A stretch of DNA of 45,358 nt from an uncultured Anaerolineales bacterium (GTDB lineage Bacteria > Chloroflexota > Anaerolineae > B4-G1 > SLSP01): the NCBI GenBank assembly GCA_964468735.1, contig CAYXVS010000001.1, positions 1-45,358 on the forward strand, written 5' to 3'. Numbering within the stretch: position 1 is the stretch's first letter; the number at the start of each line of letters is the position of its first letter. The notes under the pieces are model-generated. The model did not search any database and was not told the origin of the DNA. It saw only the letters and a program-made list of their open reading frames with translations. The position numbers were made by a program, and so were the translations under genes. Of this stretch, positions 1 to 8,996 are shown piece by piece.

Positions 1-11
1 AGCTTTTTTAA

Positions 12-55
12 AATTCTGCGAGCAGCCACTCACGGAATTCTGTGAGCAGCCACTC
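12..55. repeat. Tandem direct repeat, 2 x ~24 bp (core AATTCTGYGAGCAGCCACTC), at the left window edge
   Basis: Read directly: 12-31 AATTCTGCGAGCAGCCACTC and 36-55 AATTCTGTGAGCAGCCACTC, 19/20 identical, period 24. It may continue upstream of the window. Confidence 0.7.
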
Positions 56-158
56 GCTGAACTAAACGGATACAGATCCTCTGCAAGATGATATCGCTAT
101 GTCAGTAGTGTAGTAAGAGCTTGCAAGGACCCCGTAGTTTCCCGGACGGTGGGTAGAC

Positions 159-197
159 GAAACAGAAAGCCGGGGCAGGGAGTCACATCCCGCCCCG
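159..197 (-). terminator. Putative intrinsic terminator after the formimidoyltransferase-cyclodeaminase gene
   Basis: GC hairpin CGGGGCAGGGA (171-181) / TCCCGCCCCG (188-197) with one bulged A and a 6-nt loop. On the minus strand it is followed by GCTTTCTGTTTC. It lies ~40 nt past the stop at 236-238. Confidence 0.5.
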
Positions 198-235
198 ACT
201 TGGTTATCTTTATCTATCCAAAAACGACGCTGCCG

Positions 236-1750
236 CTACAGTCCCCCGCGCTCCACGGCGGTCTCTTGAATCTGCGCCAGCAGGGAGTCCGCGCGGGTTT
301 GGATGCGTGAGAGTTCGTCCCGCCAGGCGGTCCGCTTCTCGCCGTCTTTGATCGTCTTCGCGTTGATGCGGACATTGAGCGACGCGCCTTGAATGGCCGC
401 CATCGCCATCCAACCCGCCGTGGCCGCGTCGGTGACGGCGTTCTCGTTGCCTTTGCGCGCGACGATGAGCGCCTGTTCCATCGCGGCCAGCGCCTCACGG
501 GCGGTGGCCAGCGGCACCTCCGCCGCCTTGATCGTCGCCTGTTGAATTTTCTCCTGGCGGGCGGCCTTCTCCTCCGCTGTCGATTTCGGCAACCGGAAGG
601 CGGCCATCAGCGCCTCGAAGGCGGCGCTATCCTCGCGCATGCGCTTGGTGAGCGACCGGCGCAGCTTCTCCGAGGCGACAATCGCCTCGCTGACCTCCTC
701 GTGCACATCGGCGTAGCGGCGCTTGCCGATGGTGACGTGGCCGACCATCGTCGTGAGGGCAGACGCCAGCGCGCCGGCCAACGCCGCCACCGATCCGCCG
801 CCCGGCGTCGGGCTGTTGGCCGCCACCGCATCTAAAAAGCCCATCGGCGCGCCTTCGTTCATCGCGGCCAGCTTGTTCTCCAGGATCTGATCGGTGTCGA
901 AGAGGTCTAATTGCAAGTACCACTGCGCCGATTCGATGAGCGCGCGCTGGGGCGTCAGGCCGACCAACTCCGTGTGGGTGATGGTCGCGCCGTAGCGCGC
1001 CGCCTCCCGCCGGATAGTCTCCACCACGCGATAGATGGGCGTGCGCGGAAAGTTGGTCAGGTTCATCGAGACCTGCGCCTGGCCCGCGACCATGATGCCC
1101 ATGCTCTTGACGTAGCGATAGCCGCCGCTGGAATTTCGGATGGCCTTAGCGATCTTCCGCGCGATGCTCACGTCATCGGTGTTGAGATAAGCGTTGAAGG
1201 CGATCAGGAAAGGTCGCACGCCGATGACCGTGGCGCCGGCCTTGCCCAGTTCGGCGGGGCCGTAATCGGGCTCGCGATCCGGGTTCTCGCCGATCTCTTT
1301 CTTCAACTGCTCGTATTCGCCCCGGCGGATGTCCTCCAGATTCTCTCGGTCCGGGCGCGTCGCTGCGCGCTCGTAGAGATAGACGGGGATGCCCAGCTCT
1401 TCGCCGACGCGCCGCCCCAGATCCTTGGCCATGGCGATTAACTCGTTCATCAGCACGCCGCTGATGGGCACAAAGGGCGCCACATCCGTCGCGCCGAGGC
1501 GGGGATGTTCGCCCTCGTGCTCGTCCATATCGATCAACTCCGCCGCCTTTTTGATCCCCTTGAAGGCCGCTTCCTGCACGGCGGCGGGCGGCCCCACCAA
1601 CGTGACGACGCTGCGATTGTGATCCACATCCGATTCTACATCCAATACCTGCACCTCGGAGATGGCGCGCATCTCCGCGACAATCGCTGCGATGGTCTCA
1701 GCATCGCGGCCCTCGCTAAAATTCGGTACGCATTCAACTAAGGTCTTCAA
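236..1750 (-). CDS. Bifunctional glutamate formimidoyltransferase / formiminotetrahydrofolate cyclodeaminase (FTCD-like fusion)
   Basis: 504-aa ORF. The N-terminus MKTLVECVPNFSEGRD is the hallmark formimidoyltransferase start. The C-terminal ~190 aa (SPTPGGGSVAALAGALASAL...) matches the cyclodeaminase domain. TTG start 6 nt after AAGGAGG. Confidence 0.85.
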   Translation of the reverse strand: MKTLVECVPNFSEGRDAETIAAIVAEMRAISEVQVLDVESDVDHNRSVVTLVGPPAAVQEAAFKGIKKAAELIDMDEHEGEHPRLGATDVAPFVPISGVLMNELIAMAKDLGRRVGEELGIPVYLYERAATRPDRENLEDIRRGEYEQLKKEIGENPDREPDYGPAELGKAGATVIGVRPFLIAFNAYLNTDDVSIARKIAKAIRNSSGGYRYVKSMGIMVAGQAQVSMNLTNFPRTPIYRVVETIRREAARYGATITHTELVGLTPQRALIESAQWYLQLDLFDTDQILENKLAAMNEGAPMGFLDAVAANSPTPGGGSVAALAGALASALTTMVGHVTIGKRRYADVHEEVSEAIVASEKLRRSLTKRMREDSAAFEALMAAFRLPKSTAEEKAARQEKIQQATIKAAEVPLATAREALAAMEQALIVARKGNENAVTDAATAGWMAMAAIQGASLNVRINAKTIKDGEKRTAWRDELSRIQTRADSLLAQIQETAVERGGL

Positions 1751-1763
1751 AATGTCCTCCTTT

Positions 1764-1784
1764 ACTGGTTACTGGTTGCTGGTT
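1764..1784 (-). repeat. Three tandem heptamers (mRNA sense AACCAG[C/T]) filling the leader between the DUF1232 stop and the FTCD Shine-Dalgarno
   Basis: Plus strand reads ACTGGTT ACTGGTT GCTGGTT at 1764-1784, directly 5' (in mRNA sense) of AAAGGAGG. Confidence 0.8.
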
Positions 1785-1786
1785 GT

Positions 1787-2125
1787 TCAAGATTCTTCGT
1801 GGGGGTTGATCACTTCGACATCGATGACCTGTCCTTCCGCATCACGGGCCAACTTGCGCTGCACTTCCGCGACGATCTCAGGTGGACTGAGGTTGATGAA
1901 CAATTGCAGCCCCAATAAAAAGATGGCCAGATCATCCAATTGCCCCACCCCCAACAAGACATCGGGGATTAAATCTAAGGGCGAAAGCACATAGGCTACC
2001 ACGAGCGCGGGCACGGTCTTCGTCCACATCGGCACACGCTCATCTAACAACAGATACCACGCGAGACGCAATCGATATAAGATCGCCTCCCACCATCCCA
2101 AATTCTTAACATAACTTTTGTTCAT
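1787..2125 (-). CDS. DUF1232 (YkvA-like) membrane protein
   Basis: 112-aa ORF with the family signature LSPLDLIPDVLLGVGQLDDLAIFLL and flanking hydrophobic helices. GGAGG lies upstream of the ATG. Confidence 0.75.
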   Translation of the reverse strand: MNKSYVKNLGWWEAILYRLRLAWYLLLDERVPMWTKTVPALVVAYVLSPLDLIPDVLLGVGQLDDLAIFLLGLQLFINLSPPEIVAEVQRKLARDAEGQVIDVEVINPHEES

Positions 2126-2150
2126 AGATGTGACTCCTCCGATAAAATAG

Positions 2151-2168
2151 GTTGAAAGTTAAAAGTTT
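2151..2168 (-). repeat. Leader motif GTTGAAAGTTAAAAGTTT (mRNA sense AAACTTTTAACTTTCAAC), shared with 39329-39360
   Basis: GTTGAAAGTTA (11 nt) and GTTAAAAGTT (10 nt) both recur at 39329-39352. In both places they sit just 5' of the SD of a minus-strand gene. Confidence 0.7.
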
Positions 2169-2179
2169 CGGTGCTATGT

Positions 2180-4894
2180 CTATGCCTGCGCCAGGGGCAG
2201 TTCCACAGTGAAGGTCGTTCCCTCTCCCTCTTGACTCTCCACAGTGATTTGCCCCCCGTGCAGAGCGACGAGTTGCCGGACGATGACCAATCCCAAGCCC
2301 GTGCCGGAGATTTGCTCCTCTTTGGGGAGATCGCCCCGGAAAAAGCGGTCAAAGATGTGCGGGAGTTCATCTTCCGGGATGCCAATGCCTGTATCGGCGA
2401 CGGTAATGACGGCCCAGGTACGCCCATCATCCTTGCGCAGCCCGGTAGAGAGGGCGATGCGCCCGCCTTCCGGCGTATAACGCAGCGCATTGCTCAGCAG
2501 ATTATCCAGGATCACCTCCAATTGACTCGGATCAACCAAGGCGATAACATTCTCCGGCGCCGGATGAACCTCCAAGAGCAATTTTTTATCCTCCGCCTGG
2601 GATTTGAAGCGCTCCTCAACGTAAGAGAGCGCGTGATTGAGGGAGGTCGGCTCAGGGTGCATCTCCACCCGCCCGGCATCGATGCGCGAGATCTGAAGGA
2701 TCCGCTCGATCAACTGGGCCTGCCAATCGGCCTGTTGCATCAAGCGGTCTATGTATTCCTCACGTCGTTCCGGCCGACCACGCTGCATCAGATCAGCATA
2801 GGCTTTGATCGCGCTGATAGGCGTCCGCAACTCGTGGGAGAGATTTTCGATGAAATCGGTCTTCATCCGCTCCAGCGCCTTGAGATGGCTGACATCGTGA
2901 ATGGCCACGACGGCCCGCGCGGCGTCCAGCGGCGCAGTTCCTTGAGCTTCGCGGGCCGGGGCGGCGACCGGCGCGCCGTTCAACTCCAGATCCAGCCCCG
3001 TCAACTCCAGCAGGGTCACGGTGGATTCGTTCTTGGGGTTCAAACTATCCCGCACGACATCTCGAATTGTCTCGCATAACTGTTCCGCCTCTTGGGGCGC
3101 CAACGTCTGCGAGAGCCACGCCTGTGCCACGGGATTGGCTTGGAGGATGTTGCCCGCCGCATCCGTGACGACGATGCCATCGGTGGTGCTGCGCAAAATC
3201 GCCCGCAGGCGCGCGTATTGCTCCTGTAACTCGACGGTGCGTTCTTGGACGCGCCGCTCTAATTCCTGATGCACCTGCGCGTTCTCGATGGCAATCGAGG
3301 CCCAGGCGGCCAACGGCTCCAGAACTTTCAAATCCTCCGTCGAGAAGCGATTGACCCTCGTATCTAACGTCTGCAACACGCCGATGACCCGATCCTCCAA
3401 GCGCAGGGGGACGCTGAGGATGGAGCGCGTGTGGATGCCGGTCTGGTCATCCACGGCCTTGAAGTGGCGCTGATCCTGTTGCGTGTCCCCGACGATCAAA
3501 TAGCGATTATGTTGCGCGACCCACCCGGCAATCCCCTCACCTGGGGCGAGCCGCCAACCGCGCACCACATCGCGCTTGGAGCCGCTGGCCATCCGACAGA
3601 CCAATACGCCGGTATCGAATTCGATCAACCAGATCGAGCTGGCGACGATGCCCAGGAGATGACGCATCTCCTCCAGCACCATCGCTAACACCTCATCCAA
3701 ATCTCGCGACGCGCTGAGCGTCTGACCGATCTCGTTGAGCACGGCCAACTCCCGATTGCGCTGCGCTAAGGCCGCCTCCGCCTCTTTGCGGTCCGTGATG
3801 TCGCGTAGCGTGCCGGTCAGGCTGATGAGGCGGCCCTCGGCGTCACGGCGCGGCCGGGGCGTGTCCTCGATCCAGCGCAAGCGCCCTTGATTATCGCGAA
3901 TTTGGAAAGTGTAGGCCGACATTTCCTCTACCCGCACGTTTTTCCATGCAGCGATGATCTCCGACCGCTCCTCTCCCGTCAACACCTCTTCCAACACCTC
4001 CAAAGCATCCCGCGAGATCATATCGGCCGGATCGGCGCCATAGCGGGAGATCTGCGGCGAGATGTAGGTCAAATTACCCGCGCTATCGACGGTGTAGATG
4101 ATGTCGTTGATGTTCTCCACCAACATCTGATACATCTCCTTGCTCTCCTGCAAGGCCTCTTCGGCTTCTTTGCGATCGGTGATGTCCCGCACGTAGACCA
4201 CCACGCGCGGCGCCCCATCCAGATCGATCAGCTTGGTTCGCACCTCGGTGGGGAAGATGGACCCATCTCGACGCCGGCCCAAGGCCTCCATCCAGACGCC
4301 GCCGGAGGCCAGCGAGGTTTCGATCACCTCCGGCAAGGTCGTCATAATCTCCTCCGGCACCAGATCCGCCACGCTCAGGCCGATCAGTTCAGCTTTGGGG
4401 ATGCCGTACAGCTCGCTGGCCTGCATGTTACACTCAAGCACCTCGCCTTTGATGGTCTCCACAAAAATCGCATCGGCGGAAACCTCGAAGAGCGCCCGAT
4501 AGCGCGCTTCTTTCTCGCGCAATGTCGCTTCTGCCCGCTGCCGCGCAATGGTCAGCGCATGAATAACCTCGGTGAGGATCACCGTACAAATCGTCAACAC
4601 GATGATGCTGCTCAAAGAGGCATTAAAGTCGCCTGAGACCTGCCGGGTCACCCAGATAGAGGTCAGAGCCAAGAGTACAAGCATCGTCAGGTAGAGCCAG
4701 CGCTTGAAAAAAAAGGCCATCACCACACAAGGCACGATCAAGAATAACAGGAGATTATCCCGCAGCCTAAAGGCGAGGATGGCCCAACTGCTGAAGAGCA
4801 ACGTGAGAAGATAAAGAAATAAGAAAATCGCCTGGGAGGAGGTTAAAACCGGGATGAGGTCGCGAACCTGCCAATGTCGAGCTTTCTTTTCCAT
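2180..4894 (-). CDS. Membrane-anchored PAS/GAF sensor histidine kinase
   Basis: 904-aa ORF. N-terminal hydrophobic helices, repeated PAS-type segments ending in ...RDITDRKEAE, a GAF-like block, the H-box LSHELRTPISAI and the ATPase boxes DTGIGI / GTGLGLVIV. Confidence 0.9.
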   Translation of the reverse strand: MEKKARHWQVRDLIPVLTSSQAIFLFLYLLTLLFSSWAILAFRLRDNLLLFLIVPCVVMAFFFKRWLYLTMLVLLALTSIWVTRQVSGDFNASLSSIIVLTICTVILTEVIHALTIARQRAEATLREKEARYRALFEVSADAIFVETIKGEVLECNMQASELYGIPKAELIGLSVADLVPEEIMTTLPEVIETSLASGGVWMEALGRRRDGSIFPTEVRTKLIDLDGAPRVVVYVRDITDRKEAEEALQESKEMYQMLVENINDIIYTVDSAGNLTYISPQISRYGADPADMISRDALEVLEEVLTGEERSEIIAAWKNVRVEEMSAYTFQIRDNQGRLRWIEDTPRPRRDAEGRLISLTGTLRDITDRKEAEAALAQRNRELAVLNEIGQTLSASRDLDEVLAMVLEEMRHLLGIVASSIWLIEFDTGVLVCRMASGSKRDVVRGWRLAPGEGIAGWVAQHNRYLIVGDTQQDQRHFKAVDDQTGIHTRSILSVPLRLEDRVIGVLQTLDTRVNRFSTEDLKVLEPLAAWASIAIENAQVHQELERRVQERTVELQEQYARLRAILRSTTDGIVVTDAAGNILQANPVAQAWLSQTLAPQEAEQLCETIRDVVRDSLNPKNESTVTLLELTGLDLELNGAPVAAPAREAQGTAPLDAARAVVAIHDVSHLKALERMKTDFIENLSHELRTPISAIKAYADLMQRGRPERREEYIDRLMQQADWQAQLIERILQISRIDAGRVEMHPEPTSLNHALSYVEERFKSQAEDKKLLLEVHPAPENVIALVDPSQLEVILDNLLSNALRYTPEGGRIALSTGLRKDDGRTWAVITVADTGIGIPEDELPHIFDRFFRGDLPKEEQISGTGLGLVIVRQLVALHGGQITVESQEGEGTTFTVELPLAQA

Positions 4895-4904
4895 AGTTCA
4901 GTCC

Positions 4905-7900
4905 TTACTGCGGACGCTTTAGCGCCTGGGCGATGACCGTAGCTAACTTCTCCAGATCGGGCGGCTTGGTCATCCACATGTGGAGATTATCAACTTCCAA
5001 CCCATTGAGATCCTTTTCGAGAGGATGGCCCGTCAACAAGATGACGGGGATCTCAATGTTCTGGGCCTGCATCGTGCGCAACAACGCCAATCCGCCCATC
5101 TCCGGCATCACGACATCGCTCAACACCAGATCGATCTCCGCCCCGCGCTGCGCTAAGATCTCAACGGCCTCCTTGCCATGATGGGCCACAAGCACCTCAT
5201 AAAGCAGCATCTTCAAGCTCTCCTGCAAGGCGGCGCGCGCCATCGCGTTGTCCTCCACCACAAGGATCGTCTCGCCCGCGCCCATCGCCAAAGCCGGCAG
5301 GGAGAACGTCTCCGCCGCCGCTTTCACCTCGGGCAGCGCGGGCAAATAGAGGATGAAGGTTGTGCCTGCGCCAACCTGCGTCTCCACATCGATGTAGCCC
5401 TCGTGCTGCTCGATGATGCTCTGCACCTGCGCCAATCCTAATCCGCTGCCCAAGGGCGCTTTGGTGGTGTAGAACGGCTCAAAGATGCGCGGGAGCACGT
5501 CGGGCGGGATGCCCTTGCCCGTATCCGCGATGGCGATGCGCACCCACGAACCGACATCCATCACGGGCAAGGGCGCCAGATCCTCCCGCGACACATGGAG
5601 GCGCGAAAGGGTAAATGTGAGAACGCCTCCATGGGACATCGCATCCCGGGCATTGATAGCCAGATTCATTATCATCTGCTGGATGCGCGTCGGGTCCGCC
5701 TGGATGGTGTAGTCTCCCTTGCCATAATCCAATTCAATGGTGATGTGTTCCGGCAACGTCCGCTCCAGCAGCTTCACCTGCTCCTTGAAGAAGGGTAACA
5801 GATCCAAGGGCATCCGCTCCAGCGTTGACCGCCGACTGAAATCCAAAATCTGCTGGATTAGTTGGGTGGCATGCCGCGCTTGTTGATTGATCGTCGTCAT
5901 GCGCTCCTGATCCGCATGAGAAAGTCGGTCGGAGCGGGCGGCCATCTGGGCGTAGAGCACGATGGTGGCCATGATGTTGTTGAAGTCGTGGGCGATGCCG
6001 GCGGTCAACTGGCCGACCGCGGCCAAGCGTTCCTGCTGACGCCCACGCCGTTGAACCCCACGGGCTTGGGTGACATCCTGGATGACCATCACCCAATTTT
6101 CCGCTCCGCTCTCTTTCTCGATGGGTCGCGCGATCACCTCGAAGATGCGCCCCTCGTATTCGATCTCGTGCCAGAGACCGTGGGTGGGCGGCGAGGTCAA
6201 CAAATCTTGGATGGGATGCTCACCCAGATGCGTGAGCGCCTCGCCTACTTTCTTCTCCGCCAAGAAGGCCAGGTGTTTCTCGGCGGTCGGGTTCGCCAGT
6301 TCGATTTTTAAATCATCTCGCAGCAGGAGCATACCTTCGGGCACCGTCTCCATAAGTTGACGGGTGCGCCGCGCCTGGGCCTGTACCTCTTCCAGTAAGC
6401 GCTGCCGCTCCTTCTCCGCCCGCTTGCGCTCGGTGATATCGCGCACGATGCTCAGCACCAGCGCTTCTCCGCGATGATCTATGCGGGAGAGGCTCACCTC
6501 CACCGGCACGAGCGTGCCATCCTGCCGCACGTCCCACGCCTCGAATGGACGGACACCGTACATGGCTAATTCCCGCTGAATGATACTCCCCTGATCGGCG
6601 GCTCGCGCTATCGCGCCCTTCACGACTTTGATGTCGTCCACGGTCATCGCAAGCAACGCCTCTCGCGTGTACCCCAGCAATTCGCACGCCCGTGGATTCA
6701 CATCCACAATCCGACTATCCGAGACGCGCTCCAAGAAGATGGCGTCATCCGCCTGCTCAAATAACATGCGATAGCGAGCTTCGCTCTCCCGCAACGCGGC
6801 TTCGGCCTGTTTGAGATCTGTGATATCGACGGCGACGCCCAACGCCACCCGCTCACCCGTGCTGGGCACGGTGACGGGCAACTTAGTCACTTGCAAAATC
6901 GCGACATACCCGTTTTTGTAGGTAAAGGTCTCCTCAGCGATAAATTTTTGCTGGTTGGTCTCGATAACTTCCCGATCCGCCGCGAGAAATATCTCCCACT
7001 CCGCTTCCGTGCCGCCGGCCAATTCAGTATAGGGCCGCCCCAGCAACGCTTGCGGCGAAAGGCCATGAGGCTCAGCCGCCGCCTGATTGGCCATCACATA
7101 TCGGCCTTGAATATCCTTGGCAAAGATCATATACGGCACGCTATCCAGCACGTGGCGCAGCCAAGCCTCGCTATCACGTAACGCCGCCTCCGCGCGCCGC
7201 CGCTCGGCCAGCTCCTGCTGGAGCGATTCGTAGAGACGCGCGTTCTGGATCGAGATCGAGGCGACGTTGGCGATGGCTTCTAAGAGATCAAGATCCTCCG
7301 CCGTAAAAGCATCAAGTTGGCAACTCTGCACCTGCATCACGCCGATCGTATCGCCGCCGATCTTCAGTGGCGCCAGGATGGCTGAATTGGTGCTCTGCTC
7401 CCTGACGGCCGGGGGCGGCGCTCCCTCCTCCACGCCACCCTTGTCCATGACAGTGTACTCCTTACCTCCCCCCTGACGCGACTTTCGCCAATCGGGGATG
7501 TAGAGCGGCTCTCCTGTGTGGATGACGCGGCTCTGGTTTCCCTGTCCGGCCTTCGCCAGCGGGATCGGCGGCAGTTCACTCACATCAAATGGCGCTTCGT
7601 TGTGCATCATAAATTCGGCATGGATCATATTCTGATCCCGGTCGTAGAACGAGATCAGAAAAGCCGAAACATCCATCAAATCACTGATGTGATCGTAAAT
7701 AGTTTGATAGATGGCGTCCAGATCCAACGTGTTGCCCATCGCGATAGCCAGTTGATGGACGGCGAGTTGTTGTTCCAAGAGACGCTGGATACGAGCTTCC
7801 GCATGCACGCGCTCATTAACATCACGCGAGACGCCCACCAAGCCGACCACCTCGCCGTTCTTGTCCTTGATGGGAACTTTGGTGGAGATCACCCAGCGGA

Positions 7901-8741
7901 AGGTGCCGTCCGCATATTGGATCTTCTCCAATTTATCGATCAGCGGCTGGCCGGTCTCGACAATCCACCGTTCGTCTTGAAAAGCGTCTTGGGCATGCTC
8001 CGAAGTAAAATAATCAAAGTCGGTCTTACCTACAGCATCTTGGGGATTCTTCACCCCTAAAACCCGCGCTTCGGCGCGATTGATTCGGGTGAAGTGCGAG
8101 GCCGTGTCCTTGAAGTAAATCAAATCTGGCAGATTCTCCATCAGCGCGTGCAAGAAATCGCGCTCTTGAGCCAATGCGCGCTTCGCCCGCTTACGTCGGG
8201 TGATATCGCGCACAACGATCAGCAACATCTCCTCACCGTCGATATTTTGCATCTGCCCTGTGATCTCCACCGGGAAGCGCTCTCCATCCGCGCGGAGGTT
8301 GATTGACTGGACAGGATGATCAGGTACCCGCCAGCCCGATTCAACTCCCTCCGGCCAGTGCTCTGGAGGCACAAGATCCTCCACTGACTTGGAGAGCAAT
8401 TCCTCATACGAATATCCATACATCTCACAGGCCGGGGCATTGACATCCACTATCTCGCCGGTCACGCGCTCGACGAAGATGGCATCCTGCACACCTTCGA
8501 AAATAGTATGATAGCGCGCTTCGCTCTCGCGCAGTTGGATCTCGGTCCGTTTCTGTTGGAAGAGATAGTAGGCTATCCCCACACCGCCAATCCAACAGAA
8601 GACCATCACCGTCAGACGGACGAAAAGCGCGTGGGATGGGACGTCTAGGATCAACGCATCCCATAGCGTCCGTGGCCTCGGTGCTAGGAAACGCCAATGA
8701 TAGAGGCTGTCTAGAATCCAAAACCCCAGACCAAACGCCAT
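4905..8741 (-). CDS. Hybrid sensor histidine kinase (multi-PAS, GAF, HisKA, HATPase, C-terminal receiver)
   Basis: The ORF track gives 4905-9032. The first 97 codons run through interspersed-repeat copies (GGFNFWNYL twice). I place the start at ATG 8741 (MAFGLGFWILD..., AGGTG 5 nt upstream), ahead of a TM helix. H-box IAHDFNNIM, G-boxes DTGKGI / GSGLGLA, receiver ILVVEDN...LVLSDVVMPEMGG. Confidence 0.85.
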   Translation of the reverse strand: MAFGLGFWILDSLYHWRFLAPRPRTLWDALILDVPSHALFVRLTVMVFCWIGGVGIAYYLFQQKRTEIQLRESEARYHTIFEGVQDAIFVERVTGEIVDVNAPACEMYGYSYEELLSKSVEDLVPPEHWPEGVESGWRVPDHPVQSINLRADGERFPVEITGQMQNIDGEEMLLIVVRDITRRKRAKRALAQERDFLHALMENLPDLIYFKDTASHFTRINRAEARVLGVKNPQDAVGKTDFDYFTSEHAQDAFQDERWIVETGQPLIDKLEKIQYADGTFRWVISTKVPIKDKNGEVVGLVGVSRDVNERVHAEARIQRLLEQQLAVHQLAIAMGNTLDLDAIYQTIYDHISDLMDVSAFLISFYDRDQNMIHAEFMMHNEAPFDVSELPPIPLAKAGQGNQSRVIHTGEPLYIPDWRKSRQGGGKEYTVMDKGGVEEGAPPPAVREQSTNSAILAPLKIGGDTIGVMQVQSCQLDAFTAEDLDLLEAIANVASISIQNARLYESLQQELAERRRAEAALRDSEAWLRHVLDSVPYMIFAKDIQGRYVMANQAAAEPHGLSPQALLGRPYTELAGGTEAEWEIFLAADREVIETNQQKFIAEETFTYKNGYVAILQVTKLPVTVPSTGERVALGVAVDITDLKQAEAALRESEARYRMLFEQADDAIFLERVSDSRIVDVNPRACELLGYTREALLAMTVDDIKVVKGAIARAADQGSIIQRELAMYGVRPFEAWDVRQDGTLVPVEVSLSRIDHRGEALVLSIVRDITERKRAEKERQRLLEEVQAQARRTRQLMETVPEGMLLLRDDLKIELANPTAEKHLAFLAEKKVGEALTHLGEHPIQDLLTSPPTHGLWHEIEYEGRIFEVIARPIEKESGAENWVMVIQDVTQARGVQRRGRQQERLAAVGQLTAGIAHDFNNIMATIVLYAQMAARSDRLSHADQERMTTINQQARHATQLIQQILDFSRRSTLERMPLDLLPFFKEQVKLLERTLPEHITIELDYGKGDYTIQADPTRIQQMIMNLAINARDAMSHGGVLTFTLSRLHVSREDLAPLPVMDVGSWVRIAIADTGKGIPPDVLPRIFEPFYTTKAPLGSGLGLAQVQSIIEQHEGYIDVETQVGAGTTFILYLPALPEVKAAAETFSLPALAMGAGETILVVEDNAMARAALQESLKMLLYEVLVAHHGKEAVEILAQRGAEIDLVLSDVVMPEMGGLALLRTMQAQNIEIPVILLTGHPLEKDLNGLEVDNLHMWMTKPPDLEKLATVIAQALKRPQ

Positions 8742-8765
8742 GGCAACACCTAAAACTCGCAGGAT

Positions 8766-8860
8766 TAGGTAGTTCCAGAAATTAAAACCTCCCCAACCTG
8801 ATGCTTTTTCATCAGAAAACAGGTCGTTTTTGGGAGATTTATTTTCTTGGAACGGCCTTA
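8766..8860 (+). repeat. ~96-nt palindromic interspersed element (MITE-like), copy 1
   Basis: TTAGGTAGTTCCAGAAATTAAAACCTCCCC...TGGGAGATTTATTTTCTTGGAACGGCCTTA. The two arms are imperfect reverse complements, with a central CTGATG/CATCAG hairpin. Near-identical to 17795-17890 and, in reverse complement, to 31125-31221. Confidence 0.8.
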
Positions 8861-8965
8861 AAGCACGTTTTTTCATGCCAACTTGCTCCCTTCCGTCATT
8901 CACGACGAAAAATTCAAGTACGCTCTCCGCATAACAGGGGATCATCGGAGCGAAAGCTGCAACAC

Positions 8966-8996
8966 TTAGGTAGTTCCAGAAATTAAAACCTCCCAA
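8966..8996 (+). repeat. Half copy (left arm only) of the ~96-nt palindromic element
   Basis: TTAGGTAGTTCCAGAAATTAAAACCTCCCAA is essentially identical to the left arm at 8766-8796. No right arm follows. Confidence 0.75.

Noticed and set aside
60-170. Possible small RNA gene in the 235-nt non-coding stretch at the left edge
   Set aside because: I could not fold it into, or match it to, any known RNA family by eye. Only the terminator hairpin at 171-197 is supportable.
8766-8996. Possible CRISPR array (identical 31-nt segment repeated ~200 bp apart; ATTGAAAT-like string at 17777-17784)
   Set aside because: Only two closely spaced copies exist and their spacing is far larger than a spacer. The repeats are arms of a palindromic ~96-nt element also found kilobases away, and no cas genes are present.
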